From the sequence record LT598654.1: a DNA stretch of 64,000 nucleotides; one strand, written 5' to 3'. Within the stretch, counting starts at the first letter, position 1. Each line of letters opens with the position of its first letter. Shown piece by piece: positions 47,484 through 56,439 of this stretch. The translations under genes were made by a program, and so were the position numbers. Under the pieces are notes generated by a model. The model was given only the letters and a program-made list of their open reading frames with translations. It was not told the DNA's origin and made no database searches.

Positions 47484-48290
47484 TTACAAAACCCTCAATG
47501 CTTTTGACATAATACGGTCAAAATTTCTTAAATAATCTTTGGATGACACAAGAGGAATAACTCCTGTATAGTTAAAAATGTCTAACACAGCAAGCGTGTC
47601 ACCGTTATGCCTAAACCTAAGCTGGCTATCCGGTTTGTAGTACCACTGGTATTCAGGTAATGCTAATAGCGCATTTGAATCGAGAGGCTTGCTGTATTTT
47701 AAGAACGTGTCTTTCTTGCCGAATAAGTAACCTTGAAGTTTGGTATCCAGTAGTCTATCTACCGATGCCTTTTTAAGTTTAGGTCCTTTATCAACGGACA
47801 GGTCAATAACGTTCTTTTTGGTTGGCGAATACAAGGTCAATACTCTAAGTTGAGCATTAGCCACTGAGTTTAGCCTTTTACTGGAATCTGACACACTAGG
47901 TAAAACTAATCGATAGGACACAGTTTTGGCAGTAAACTCAGGAAGTACCTTGCACAGTCTTAAATTACTTAATGTGGCTTTCATCCGTGCCTTAGCTATC
48001 AGTGAAATATCCTTTTCTATATAGGTATCCACATCAAGATTAACAGGAATTTGAAAGTTATCGAGGAAGTTTAACCAGGCACAGCAAACGAGGAAGTTGT
48101 AACCTACGTTATCAGTGCTTTTAGGAATCTTGACTGTTAGGTCTTTGAATTGGTTTGATAGGATAAAGCTTTTCCAAAGCACAAGAAGTTCTTCGGAGTC
48201 AACATCCTTTGGAAAACGGTTAGCACCTAACCTGAATTGTGTAGGAGCACCCATTGCTTTTAATAGCTTTTGTCTATGATCGTTTATCAT
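47484..48290 (-). CDS. Hypothetical protein (268 aa)
   Basis: Packed ORF, Lys/Leu-rich and AT-rich; no motif. Confidence 0.7.
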   Translation of the reverse strand: MINDHRQKLLKAMGAPTQFRLGANRFPKDVDSEELLVLWKSFILSNQFKDLTVKIPKSTDNVGYNFLVCCAWLNFLDNFQIPVNLDVDTYIEKDISLIAKARMKATLSNLRLCKVLPEFTAKTVSYRLVLPSVSDSSKRLNSVANAQLRVLTLYSPTKKNVIDLSVDKGPKLKKASVDRLLDTKLQGYLFGKKDTFLKYSKPLDSNALLALPEYQWYYKPDSQLRFRHNGDTLAVLDIFNYTGVIPLVSSKDYLRNFDRIMSKALRVL

Positions 48291-48678
48291 GGCGCTGTTG
48301 TCTTATCCGTTTAACACTAGCAGCAAGTAACTTACCGCCTCTCTTGTTTGCCTTACCTAGTTTCTTTTCATGGCAGTCACTACAAAGAGTAGTTAGATTT
48401 GACCGTATCGTCTTACCGCCTCGTGAAACAGGTATTATGTGGTCTACAGTTAATACTACATCGTTGTAATCACCAGGTCTGTGACTTGCACCACAGCGGG
48501 TACACGTATAGTTGTCTTCCCGTTTAACCTGAGCACTTATAGCAGACCAGTCCTCAGTATAATGGTTGATAACTGTATTGTTTGTTTGACGTATTCGGTC
48601 ACTAGTGCGTTGCTTTCCAAAGGTGCCTGAATTACGTTTACCTAAACCACCTCTAGGTCGTCGGCTACCTATGCTCAT
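48274..48678 (-). CDS. HNH endonuclease
   Basis: RE.YTCTRCG...VDHIIPVSRGG...SNLTTLCSDCHEKK. Confidence 0.92.
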   Translation of the reverse strand: MSIGSRRPRGGLGKRNSGTFGKQRTSDRIRQTNNTVINHYTEDWSAISAQVKREDNYTCTRCGASHRPGDYNDVVLTVDHIIPVSRGGKTIRSNLTTLCSDCHEKKLGKANKRGGKLLAASVKRIRQQRHDKRS

Positions 48679-48680
48679 AG

Positions 48681-49445
48681 CTATCTACCTGTAGTGAATA
48701 GTTCGTCAGCGGCACGGAAACCTGAGGTCTGAGCCTCTTTAATCTTAACACCTGCATCCTGTGCCATACTCTTTATCTTAGGTTTGATTATCCTAAGAAT
48801 GTTACCCTCCAAGTTAGTCTGGAGTAAAGACATACTATCTTTGTGGTACTCTACCAGAGCAGCGGCAGCCTGCTGAGCAACCGCATCAACAATTTCATCT
48901 TTTATCTTCTCTGCAAACTGAGAGAAGTCTGCCATTGCACGAATGTCCGCAATGATTTCACGCATTTCTGCATAGGCTTTTAGTGCTGCATACATATCAC
49001 GGGATTGTTTATCCTTAATGTATTTTTCCTCAGCAATACGCGCCATCGTACTCAGCGTGTTAAACATCTGACCGTATTCTACTACGTGTCGATGCTGGTC
49101 TTCCATCACAGTAGGTATTCGCTCAAGGACTTCCTGCTGGTGATGTTCAAATTCTAATTCTAAGCCTTCAGATACGGATGAACCGTCCTGGACTTCGGAA
49201 ACGTCCGACTCACGCTGTTTGCGTCTTCGGGATAAACGTTTCTTGGTAGGCTTTTCTTCTTGCTCGGCTTTAGGTTTCGCACGTTTAAGTTTTCTGCGTC
49301 GAGGTTTATCTTCTACAGATTCCTCTTTAGACTTAGTGCGTTTAAGTTTTCTGCGTCGAGGTTTGTCCTCTGACTGTACTGTAGCCCGTTTAGATTTCTT
49401 CTTTGTTTTTGTAGGTAGATCACCTAATTCAAATTCTTCGGACAT
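48681..49445 (-). CDS. Hypothetical protein with basic repeats and helical C-terminal domain (254 aa)
   Basis: EDKPRRRKLKR occurs twice; helical C-half. Confidence 0.75.
   Translation of the reverse strand: MSEEFELGDLPTKTKKKSKRATVQSEDKPRRRKLKRTKSKEESVEDKPRRRKLKRAKPKAEQEEKPTKKRLSRRRKQRESDVSEVQDGSSVSEGLELEFEHHQQEVLERIPTVMEDQHRHVVEYGQMFNTLSTMARIAEEKYIKDKQSRDMYAALKAYAEMREIIADIRAMADFSQFAEKIKDEIVDAVAQQAAAALVEYHKDSMSLLQTNLEGNILRIIKPKIKSMAQDAGVKIKEAQTSGFRAADELFTTGR
49282..49364. repeat. 26-bp perfect direct repeat, 57-bp period, intragenic
   Basis: CGTTTAAGTTTTCTGCGTCGAGGTTT at 49282-49307 and 49339-49364; encodes the duplicated KPRRRKLKR. Confidence 0.9.
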
Positions 49446-49457
49446 TTAAGAGCCTTA

Positions 49458-49486
49458 ACAAAAGGTAGGGGCACAGAGGCCCCTAC
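49458..49486 (-). terminator. Intrinsic terminator after the 274-aa gene
   Basis: GTAGGGGC-CTCTGT-GCCCCTAC (8-bp stem) followed by CTTTTGTT. Confidence 0.75.
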
Positions 49487-49505
49487 AATTCAATACATCA
49501 GCAGA

Positions 49506-50330
49506 TTAGGCGTATGAGTGTTGACGAATACGCTGTTCCAGTTGTTTAAAGAAATCTGGACGGTAGCTGAATACTTTTTTGTAGTAATCAACCATCTGAC
49601 CGATTTGAGATTTACCAACGTTACCCGCAGCAGTCGCAGCAAGTTCTTCTGGTAAGTCTTCGTAGTTTACTGCACCTACGTTAGCAACGATTTGCGCATC
49701 GCTAATCTTAACTTCTTGGTCGCCGTCAGAAGCAAGAACGATAACGTCACCAGTGTAAGAGTCAGCCTGTTCGTTTTCGTAAACAGATGCAACAACTACA
49801 CCAAATTTGGTTTGACCGTTATCAACGAAAGTCAAGAAGTCACCACCGTTTGGAGTAGCAACTTGACCACTAGCAACAGCAGTGAAGTAAGAAGGATCAG
49901 CACCTGCGCTAATAGTGGTAGTACACTTAGCAAGCAAACCTTGAAGTTCTTCTGGATTGTCGATTGCATTGGAACGAACACAAACCTTACCGCCGTTCTC
50001 CCCTTCCTGAACAGACCAAATTTGTTCGTTCTGGTCAAGGAACATGTTTGAACTCAGCGAGCGGAAACCTTGCTGCTCCAGGTTGTCTGAAAAAGGAATA
50101 ACAGCACGACTCATGCTCATTACACCTTGAACGATTGTACGAACAGGTTCTTCACCTAACGTTACAAACGAACCAGCAACCGCAGACAAACGACCACCCG
50201 TTGCATTATGCAAAGAGATAAGAACGTCAGCAGGATTGATTTGTGCATCAACTTGATGATTAACACTAGCAGTTACCAAAACGTGATCGCCGTTGATAAC
50301 TTGATAGTCTCTGATTTTTGCGTTTAGCAT
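49506..50330 (-). CDS. Putative abundant virion structural protein (274 aa)
   Basis: Strong SD GGAG, own terminator, Ala/Val/Gly-rich composition; no catalytic motif. Confidence 0.5.
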   Translation of the reverse strand: MLNAKIRDYQVINGDHVLVTASVNHQVDAQINPADVLISLHNATGGRLSAVAGSFVTLGEEPVRTIVQGVMSMSRAVIPFSDNLEQQGFRSLSSNMFLDQNEQIWSVQEGENGGKVCVRSNAIDNPEELQGLLAKCTTTISAGADPSYFTAVASGQVATPNGGDFLTFVDNGQTKFGVVVASVYENEQADSYTGDVIVLASDGDQEVKISDAQIVANVGAVNYEDLPEELAATAAGNVGKSQIGQMVDYYKKVFSYRPDFFKQLEQRIRQHSYA

Positions 50331-50377
50331 GGCATATTTCTCCGGATTAGTATGCTAACATTAAATTACTATATGAA

Positions 50378-51595
50378 TCAGCGCCCTCTTTTAGGACTGG
50401 ATACCCAACCGTTAAGCGCACGGCCCGGGCCTGAACCATAACCAAGATTGGTAACTGGCGAGTTTGTAATAGTAACTGCACCAAAGGCGTTTCCGAAACT
50501 TAAAGAATTCGCGCCTTGCGAACCGTCTCCACTTGTAACACCAGCCTTAACAAGGAGTTTTTTATAAGGCTTGATGTTGGTTTCGATTTGATTCTCTACA
50601 CGACCTAAAGCGCCTTCAATCTGTGGAGTTCTGTCGATATTGAGGCTAACTGTTTGACCTGAGAAATCAAATGCGAGTGCTCCTTCTGCCTGTAACTGAG
50701 ACCCTAAAGCGTAGTAACAAGCACAAGTAATCCAAGAATCCAATATAGGACCTTGCATGTTCATACCTGTAAAACTTGTACCCATTGGGCCTATCTGATT
50801 AAACAGGTTGAGTCCCCTAAACAGATAGGTCATTATATCACCTACCGTGTATTGAAGACTAGGAATAACGTTTTCTAGTTTTGCTTTATTAATGTATGCC
50901 TCGATCTGATTCGCTGCAACCATAACCTGGGGAGTAATAACCCACAAGTTCTGGGAAAGCATACGAGGCATAATAGCACCGTTTGGCTCATGTTGAATTA
51001 GAATATTGTAGGGCGCAAGTGACTTTGCCTCAAAACAATCTTTAATTCGAATATTGATTCGGGTAGACGTTGCAGTATATGAAATACCGTTAGTCGAAGT
51101 CGCTGATACCTCAAGCCCTTCAAAAACAGCTATGTTGTTCTTGTATGCTGAGATATAAAGTTTGTCACCTTGATCTGGATTAAACGTCAAGGGAACAGTA
51201 ATGTCTACGTTACCTATACCTCGCATCTGCTTTATATAAACAGAATCCGAGATACGGTTATCAGCACCAGGTTGAACGATGATGAAATTTTTAAGTGTAT
51301 GGGTATCACCTTCATCATCTACAAGAGTCCAACGAGTCTGGAACTTTGTATCGTCAAGAATGTCCATTACAGGTATAGCAAAATCAATTTGCCAGCTTCC
51401 AGTATCTTGTCCTGGAGTCGCAACACCTGTAGCAATAACACTTCTGTCTTGGTCGTTGTCGTAAAGAACAACCTCTGGACCTGTTGTGGTTTCACTTGGA
51501 TAAATAGGTTCATCCCATTCATCCAAAAACATTTCAGTAATGTTTATCGATTCACCTTCAACAACAGTGGGTATCAAATCTTTTTGCGTAGTCAA
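50378..51595 (-). CDS. Putative head-tail/neck structural protein (405 aa)
   Basis: Beta-rich Ig-like N-half and a helical C-half (LFRGLNLFN...FDFSGQTVSLNIDRT) reminiscent of jumbo-phage neck proteins; weak assignment. Confidence 0.4.
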   Translation of the reverse strand: MTTQKDLIPTVVEGESINITEMFLDEWDEPIYPSETTTGPEVVLYDNDQDRSVIATGVATPGQDTGSWQIDFAIPVMDILDDTKFQTRWTLVDDEGDTHTLKNFIIVQPGADNRISDSVYIKQMRGIGNVDITVPLTFNPDQGDKLYISAYKNNIAVFEGLEVSATSTNGISYTATSTRINIRIKDCFEAKSLAPYNILIQHEPNGAIMPRMLSQNLWVITPQVMVAANQIEAYINKAKLENVIPSLQYTVGDIMTYLFRGLNLFNQIGPMGTSFTGMNMQGPILDSWITCACYYALGSQLQAEGALAFDFSGQTVSLNIDRTPQIEGALGRVENQIETNIKPYKKLLVKAGVTSGDGSQGANSLSFGNAFGAVTITNSPVTNLGYGSGPGRALNGWVSSPKRGR

Positions 51596-52731
51596 AGCAG
51601 AATCTCCTTAACGATAGAACTAAACCTTGAGTCTCTATCAATTAGGGCAATAAACGCTTTGTTTGTATCGCTCATAAAAGAATAGAACTTGGTCTTAAGG
51701 TCGTCATCAAATTCAAATGCACTATTGATCTGGTGCATTCTACGTTTAGCCAGTTCCTTATCCACTGCAATGCCTAAGCCTCCTGGATACGCCATGCTTT
51801 CAATCAAATGGACAACGGCATAACAATTATCAGTTATGTCTGCTGCCTCGTTGTTCATAGCAAGGTTGAAGTCTTTGATACCCTGCGCAACATAATCTCT
51901 TATTCCACCTACCGGGCTATATAGGTTTTCGAATAACGTGCTGCTGCTAGAGAAAGGTACATCATCAATCATATACAGGAGATAAAACAAGCCGAACTCG
52001 TCAATGTCTAAAAACTGAGGAGTCAATAGGTTCTGCGCTTGCTGCCAGAATTGCTGACAATACAACCAAGTATTCATGGGATGATCATTCATCATCGATT
52101 TCAATGAACGTTCGTAATACTTGGAGTACAAGGTGTACTCGTTTATAGTAGGAGCGTTGGCAGATTCGTGAGTGCCATTAACGCGATACCAATTATTATA
52201 CAGCACAAAGCTTTTACTCAAAGCACCAATGGTGTTGTACATATACACCATTTCCGATTCGGTGTTGAAGCTAAGCTTTAAACGTCGAAGTGTCGCCTTG
52301 TCGATGCTGATAGTAAGGTATTCTTTTCCTGACTTACGTGTAGACCAATAGGTTACCATATCCAAATTAGAGGATGCTTTGAATTTAGTACCTACAGAGG
52401 GTAACGTATTTGAGTACGGAGAAGGAACTAGGCTAAACGTGAAAACAAGAGCACTATTAAACCCAGTTACTTCGGAAGGCGGCATAACGCTGTAGCCAAC
52501 CGAAGTACCGTTTAATAAGTTTGTTACGTTTATTAAAGAGAATTGGGATTTGTATGAGAACGCTGTTTTGTCCGCATACATTTCCTGAGCAAGGAGATCA
52601 AATAACTCACCTACCTGTTCACCCATACGCTCACGTTTGAAGGTACGAGAAATGCCTCCCAACAAGCCATTACGGGGATTAACTTTAAAAGTTGTTTTAA
52701 CAGTTCGGTGAATTACGATCTTAGGGGGCAT
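51592..52731 (-). CDS. Hypothetical protein (379 aa)
   Basis: Coupled ORF; no motif. Confidence 0.75.
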   Translation of the reverse strand: MPPKIVIHRTVKTTFKVNPRNGLLGGISRTFKRERMGEQVGELFDLLAQEMYADKTAFSYKSQFSLINVTNLLNGTSVGYSVMPPSEVTGFNSALVFTFSLVPSPYSNTLPSVGTKFKASSNLDMVTYWSTRKSGKEYLTISIDKATLRRLKLSFNTESEMVYMYNTIGALSKSFVLYNNWYRVNGTHESANAPTINEYTLYSKYYERSLKSMMNDHPMNTWLYCQQFWQQAQNLLTPQFLDIDEFGLFYLLYMIDDVPFSSSSTLFENLYSPVGGIRDYVAQGIKDFNLAMNNEAADITDNCYAVVHLIESMAYPGGLGIAVDKELAKRRMHQINSAFEFDDDLKTKFYSFMSDTNKAFIALIDRDSRFSSIVKEILL

Positions 52732-54049
52732 ACTGATTTACCACGTTTTGAATGATTTCGCGGCTCAGCATTGGACTAAGTTTAAGTTCTTTTGCTAAGC
52801 GGTTAACCTTCTGGATAAATTCTTTAGTGGTTGTATCTTCTTTACGAGAAAGAGCAAACACAAAGAACGGTGCGCCAGTGTTCTTACCTACAATTTCTTT
52901 CCAAGCAACAGTCTGACGACGAGAACCCGGAATAAAGATTGCCTTGATTAAAGGGATAAGGGTACTAAGCAGGTTTGTTTTTTGTTTCTCACTCATACCG
53001 CGATTAAGTCTAACATACAGTCTGTTATTCTTAACTCGGATACCAGCAACTTCTTTACCTTTCAGTTTATACTTAGAGATATTAGGGCTAATATCACCTA
53101 AGCCACTGCGCTGTAAATCAGCAGAACTCTTTTTGAGTTTGATTCCACCGTAAGTAACATTGAGGTCGTCAATGATATTCAACGCATTTACTTTCTTGGT
53201 AAGTGCTGCTTTGGTTTCTACTTCACTACCGATAGGGAAAGAACCAGGAACTTTAGGGTCTTTCAAAGTCGTCAAGTGATGCACAAGTTCAGGTTCTTTA
53301 ACACTGGTATCCAGTACACCTGTTAGTACATAGCTATAAGCTTCGTAGATAAAACCTTCTTTGTTTGCAAGGTTGCGTAACAACAGGAAGGTTTGGTAAT
53401 AAATAATATCGTCCTCAGGATTAAGCACAAAGCTTTTGACCTGGACTTTTGTGTAGCTGTCTTCCTGAATGTCACCAGTAAGGATTTTCTTCAAGAATGC
53501 AACAGCGCGTTTGTGATCTGTCGGCGTAAAGTCACTAGCAATTTTGCTCAGTGCGTTCAGATGCGTATCTTTTATTTCTTTGGCTTGGGCGATAAGCTGT
53601 TTAATCAGGTTAACCGCTGATTTACTTTCGTCCATTTTAGAAAATTGTTTTGAAGTAAGTACACGGATAGCAACTTCCAAGTCACTAATAGAAGAGGTAA
53701 TTTCTTCAATCACTGAGGAGTTACGTGCAAGCTGTTTGGTGCTTGGTGTCTTAATGCTTTTATCAAGAACTGTGCGCAGTGATCCCGATTTTTTATTAGC
53801 TGCTTTTCGAGTAGCTTTTTTCTTAATATCACCTAGTTCAATATCATCGGCAGCGGTAGCCTTAAACGATTCTTCCGCAGATGAAAGATTGATGGTGATG
53901 GTAGACGTTGAACTGAGGCCTTGCAAGAGTTTTGCAGTGGACTTTCCTACATTCGTTATCTTACGTTTGATAGAATCCACAACGCTCATTAATTCGTTCA
54001 ATGATCTCGCGTTCTGCAATTTCTCAATGTTTTTGGAAGGCTTTTTCAT
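52721..54049 (-). CDS. Hypothetical Lys-rich protein (442 aa)
   Basis: Long ORF with an N-terminal coiled coil; no motif. Confidence 0.75.
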   Translation of the reverse strand: MKKPSKNIEKLQNARSLNELMSVVDSIKRKITNVGKSTAKLLQGLSSTSTITINLSSAEESFKATAADDIELGDIKKKATRKAANKKSGSLRTVLDKSIKTPSTKQLARNSSVIEEITSSISDLEVAIRVLTSKQFSKMDESKSAVNLIKQLIAQAKEIKDTHLNALSKIASDFTPTDHKRAVAFLKKILTGDIQEDSYTKVQVKSFVLNPEDDIIYYQTFLLLRNLANKEGFIYEAYSYVLTGVLDTSVKEPELVHHLTTLKDPKVPGSFPIGSEVETKAALTKKVNALNIIDDLNVTYGGIKLKKSSADLQRSGLGDISPNISKYKLKGKEVAGIRVKNNRLYVRLNRGMSEKQKTNLLSTLIPLIKAIFIPGSRRQTVAWKEIVGKNTGAPFFVFALSRKEDTTTKEFIQKVNRLAKELKLSPMLSREIIQNVVNQYAP

Positions 54050-54081
54050 TGAATTAATCCTAACATTGGCACTTAATACGC

Positions 54082-54115
54082 AAAAAGGAGAGCCCTAAAT
54101 AAAAGGCCCTCCTTT
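54082..54115 (-). terminator. Intrinsic terminator of the histone-like gene
   Basis: AAAGGAGGGCC-loop-GGCTCTCCTTT followed by TTG. A second 7-bp hairpin ATCTAAG-TTTAT-CTTAGAT lies at 54134-54152. Confidence 0.8.
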
Positions 54116-54159
54116 GAGAGAAGTTAAACTAAGATCTAAGATAAACTTAGATTAAGCTA

Positions 54160-54807
54160 TTACTTCTTGGCGGTACGAGAACGACCGCGAGGCTTCGCTG
54201 GAGCTTTACCTCGAGGCTTAGCTGGTGCCTTGCCACGAGGCTTAGCTGGAGCTTTAGCTGGTGCCTTGCTACCTGCTGACTTACGTGGGTTAGGGTTAAC
54301 CGGCTTCTTAGCTGCGTGTTTTTCACGAGCGGTCTTCTGACGTTCAGCTAACTTGGTACGAGCTTCTTTCTGCTTGGTACGCATAGTCTTACCGCGTTCA
54401 CGCCATTTTTCCATCTTCGCTTTGTAAGCAGCACGAGCTTTCTGAGCAGCAGTTGGCTTCTTAGCAGCACCACCAGTAGAACCGGCTTTACCTTTACGAC
54501 GCTCAGCAAGAACCTTTGCACGTTCTGCTTTCTTTTTCTTCTCCGCCGGAGTCATTTTCTTTTCGCGTTCCTTACGCGCCTTTTCAGCAGCTCGTTTTTC
54601 AGCAGCAGTTTGGCGTTTCTTAGGACCGGTAGACTTACGAGTGCGGCGAGTTGGCGCTGTAGTAGAACCAAACTGAGAACCTACACCCTTACGACCGCGT
54701 GGCTTAGAAGGAGTTTTGCTTCCAGCTGGCTTGCTGCGTGGCTTAGAAGCAGGTTTGCTGCGAGGCTTAGAAGGACCTTTCGCAGGAGTTTTACGAGTAG
54801 TAGCCAT
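54160..54807 (-). CDS. Histone H1/HMGA-like basic DNA-binding protein (215 aa)
   Basis: Almost entirely K/R/A/P/S/T/G; repeats KPRSKPAS and KPRGKAPA; KPRGRK and KPRGRS AT-hook-like cores; TPAK and TPSK motifs; SD GGAG. Confidence 0.85.
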   Translation of the reverse strand: MATTRKTPAKGPSKPRSKPASKPRSKPAGSKTPSKPRGRKGVGSQFGSTTAPTRRTRKSTGPKKRQTAAEKRAAEKARKEREKKMTPAEKKKKAERAKVLAERRKGKAGSTGGAAKKPTAAQKARAAYKAKMEKWRERGKTMRTKQKEARTKLAERQKTAREKHAAKKPVNPNPRKSAGSKAPAKAPAKPRGKAPAKPRGKAPAKPRGRSRTAKK

Positions 54808-54841
54808 ATTTTATTTCTCCGATATGGATATTAAAAAACAA

Positions 54842-54909
54842 ATATTAGTGTTACCACAAATGTCAGCACTTGAGGCATATCTGCGTCAACTGACTAACAT
54901 TACTAATAT
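54842..54909 (-). promoter_or_regulatory. Long bulged stem-loop upstream of the histone-like gene
   Basis: 24 Watson-Crick pairs in five helices (8+4+5+4+3) closing a 4-nt loop; ends 35 nt before the ATG. Confidence 0.55.
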
Positions 54910-55020
54910 AGAAAGTTTTCGACGCGCCAAGAACAAACTGTTTTTCATTCTTGCTGTTATAAAATTATTTTTCTTCGGAGAAAAGTAAAAAATTTAGGAA
55001 ATTTTTGGTGAAAAAATCCA

Positions 55021-55057
55021 AATATTTTTTGAATATTTTTTGAATATTTTTTGAATA
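55021..55057. repeat. Tandem 11-bp repeat (AATATTTTTTG)x3 plus AATA; phased A-tracts
   Basis: Read directly from the sequence; lies in a segment (54961-55075) of about 17% GC by hand count. Confidence 0.95.
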
Positions 55058-55075
55058 AATATTTACTACTTTAGT

Positions 55076-56134
55076 CTAAAAATCTGTACTAATACCAAGT
55101 TCAGAGATCGCCTCAGCTAGCATGTCTTTACCCCTGAGGTATTCTTTTTTAGAATGACCTGCACCCTTAAATACAGATGCTAGACCCTCGTAAGGGTTGA
55201 TACTAGGTAAGTCGGTAGTCTGATTAACAAAAGACTCTAACTCATTTTCAATATCAATCTTGCCTCCCTTTGCTGTCCACAACTGAGCAATGTTTGGGTT
55301 CTTCAACATCAAGTCAGTAGGTACAACGATACCCTCATTAACGTACAGTCGATACTTGATACCAGGTTCAGTACTAAGCTTCGCAAACTGCGAACTAGTT
55401 TCGATGTGCTCGGTAAGAAGTCTAAAGCCAGGCTTGTTATCTATAAACCTGTGATTGACTTTCATCTTTCCTTCTTTAACACCAGCTTTAATTTCAATAA
55501 AGCCCTTAGGTAAAGCTTCACCGAAGTTGGACTGATATGGGTTACCGCAATATATAACTCTGCGTTTCTTCATGTGCTGATACTGGTGTATGTGACCGCT
55601 TATATTGAAGTCACGACGAGGACTCTTAAACTCCTTGTGTGATTTAAGAGTACGTCCATTATCACCGATAGCGCCAGTGTATTCCACGTGAACCAGATTT
55701 AAACAAGGCTGTTTGTTAGGAATACTCTCCATCACAGGGTGATTCATCATGTTAACAACACAGCCGTCCACTTTGATCTGCTCAGGACTGAGATATAAAT
55801 GGAACGTTTCGAAGAAGCCTTCATCAACCAATAGCTGTAACAAGTCCATGCTTGTTTTAGAAATATCGGAGAAGTCATGGTTACCACCGACATAGTAAAT
55901 GTCTAACAGACCATCGTACTTCTTTATTAACGTAATCATTTTGATGTAGCTGTCTGCTTCCATCTTGTACGTGTCACTAATATCACCAGGAATAAATACG
56001 TGACGAATACCTTCAGAAATAGCGTACTTGAAAATCTTTTCTACCTCACGCAACTGTCTATCAATGTGATCATGAGGGAACAGCTTTTTAAGTTTTTCTA
56101 AGTGCCAGTCACTGGTTACGATAGCATGTAGCAT
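55076..56134 (-). CDS. sbcD: SbcD/Mre11-like metallophosphoesterase nuclease
   Basis: SDWHL, PGDISD, GGNHD, LVH, SGHIH, YCGNPYQ.NFGE. Confidence 0.93.
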   Translation of the reverse strand: MLHAIVTSDWHLEKLKKLFPHDHIDRQLREVEKIFKYAISEGIRHVFIPGDISDTYKMEADSYIKMITLIKKYDGLLDIYYVGGNHDFSDISKTSMDLLQLLVDEGFFETFHLYLSPEQIKVDGCVVNMMNHPVMESIPNKQPCLNLVHVEYTGAIGDNGRTLKSHKEFKSPRRDFNISGHIHQYQHMKKRRVIYCGNPYQSNFGEALPKGFIEIKAGVKEGKMKVNHRFIDNKPGFRLLTEHIETSSQFAKLSTEPGIKYRLYVNEGIVVPTDLMLKNPNIAQLWTAKGGKIDIENELESFVNQTTDLPSINPYEGLASVFKGAGHSKKEYLRGKDMLAEAISELGISTDF

Positions 56135-56439
56135 GACTTTAATTCTTCCTTTTCGTTTCTTATATCCATGGTGAAACTATCTAAGAATTTCTCCACAGCT
56201 TTGTGTCTAATCTTTACAGAGGGTCGTGCAGTTTTCCAGGTACAGTTTTTATAAACATCACCGTCTATGTCATAGGATTTAGTGCATCTGCCTCTCTTGT
56301 CATATTCGTTAAATCTACAAAACACTAAACGGTTGTTGGCTTTTTCTATATCAAATTGGGTGTAGTCAAAAGAAATGAAGAAAGTCCAAACACGTTTCAG
56401 ACCTTTCTCTTTGTTGTTGAGGGTTACTGTTATCTGCAT
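56116..56439 (-). CDS. Hypothetical protein (107 aa)
   Basis: Strong SD AAGGAG; overlaps the sbcD start. Confidence 0.7.
   Translation of the reverse strand: MQITVTLNNKEKGLKRVWTFFISFDYTQFDIEKANNRLVFCRFNEYDKRGRCTKSYDIDGDVYKNCTWKTARPSVKIRHKAVEKFLDSFTMDIRNEKEELKSCYMLS

Noticed and set aside
54716-54988. + strand 90-aa ORF spanning the histone-like gene leader
   Set aside because: It is antisense to the start of the histone-like gene with low-complexity mirror sequence, and it would be the only + strand gene in 64 kb.
55021-55057. Tandem repeat as a possible CRISPR array
   Set aside because: The units are 11 bp and directly adjacent with no spacers; no cas genes are present.
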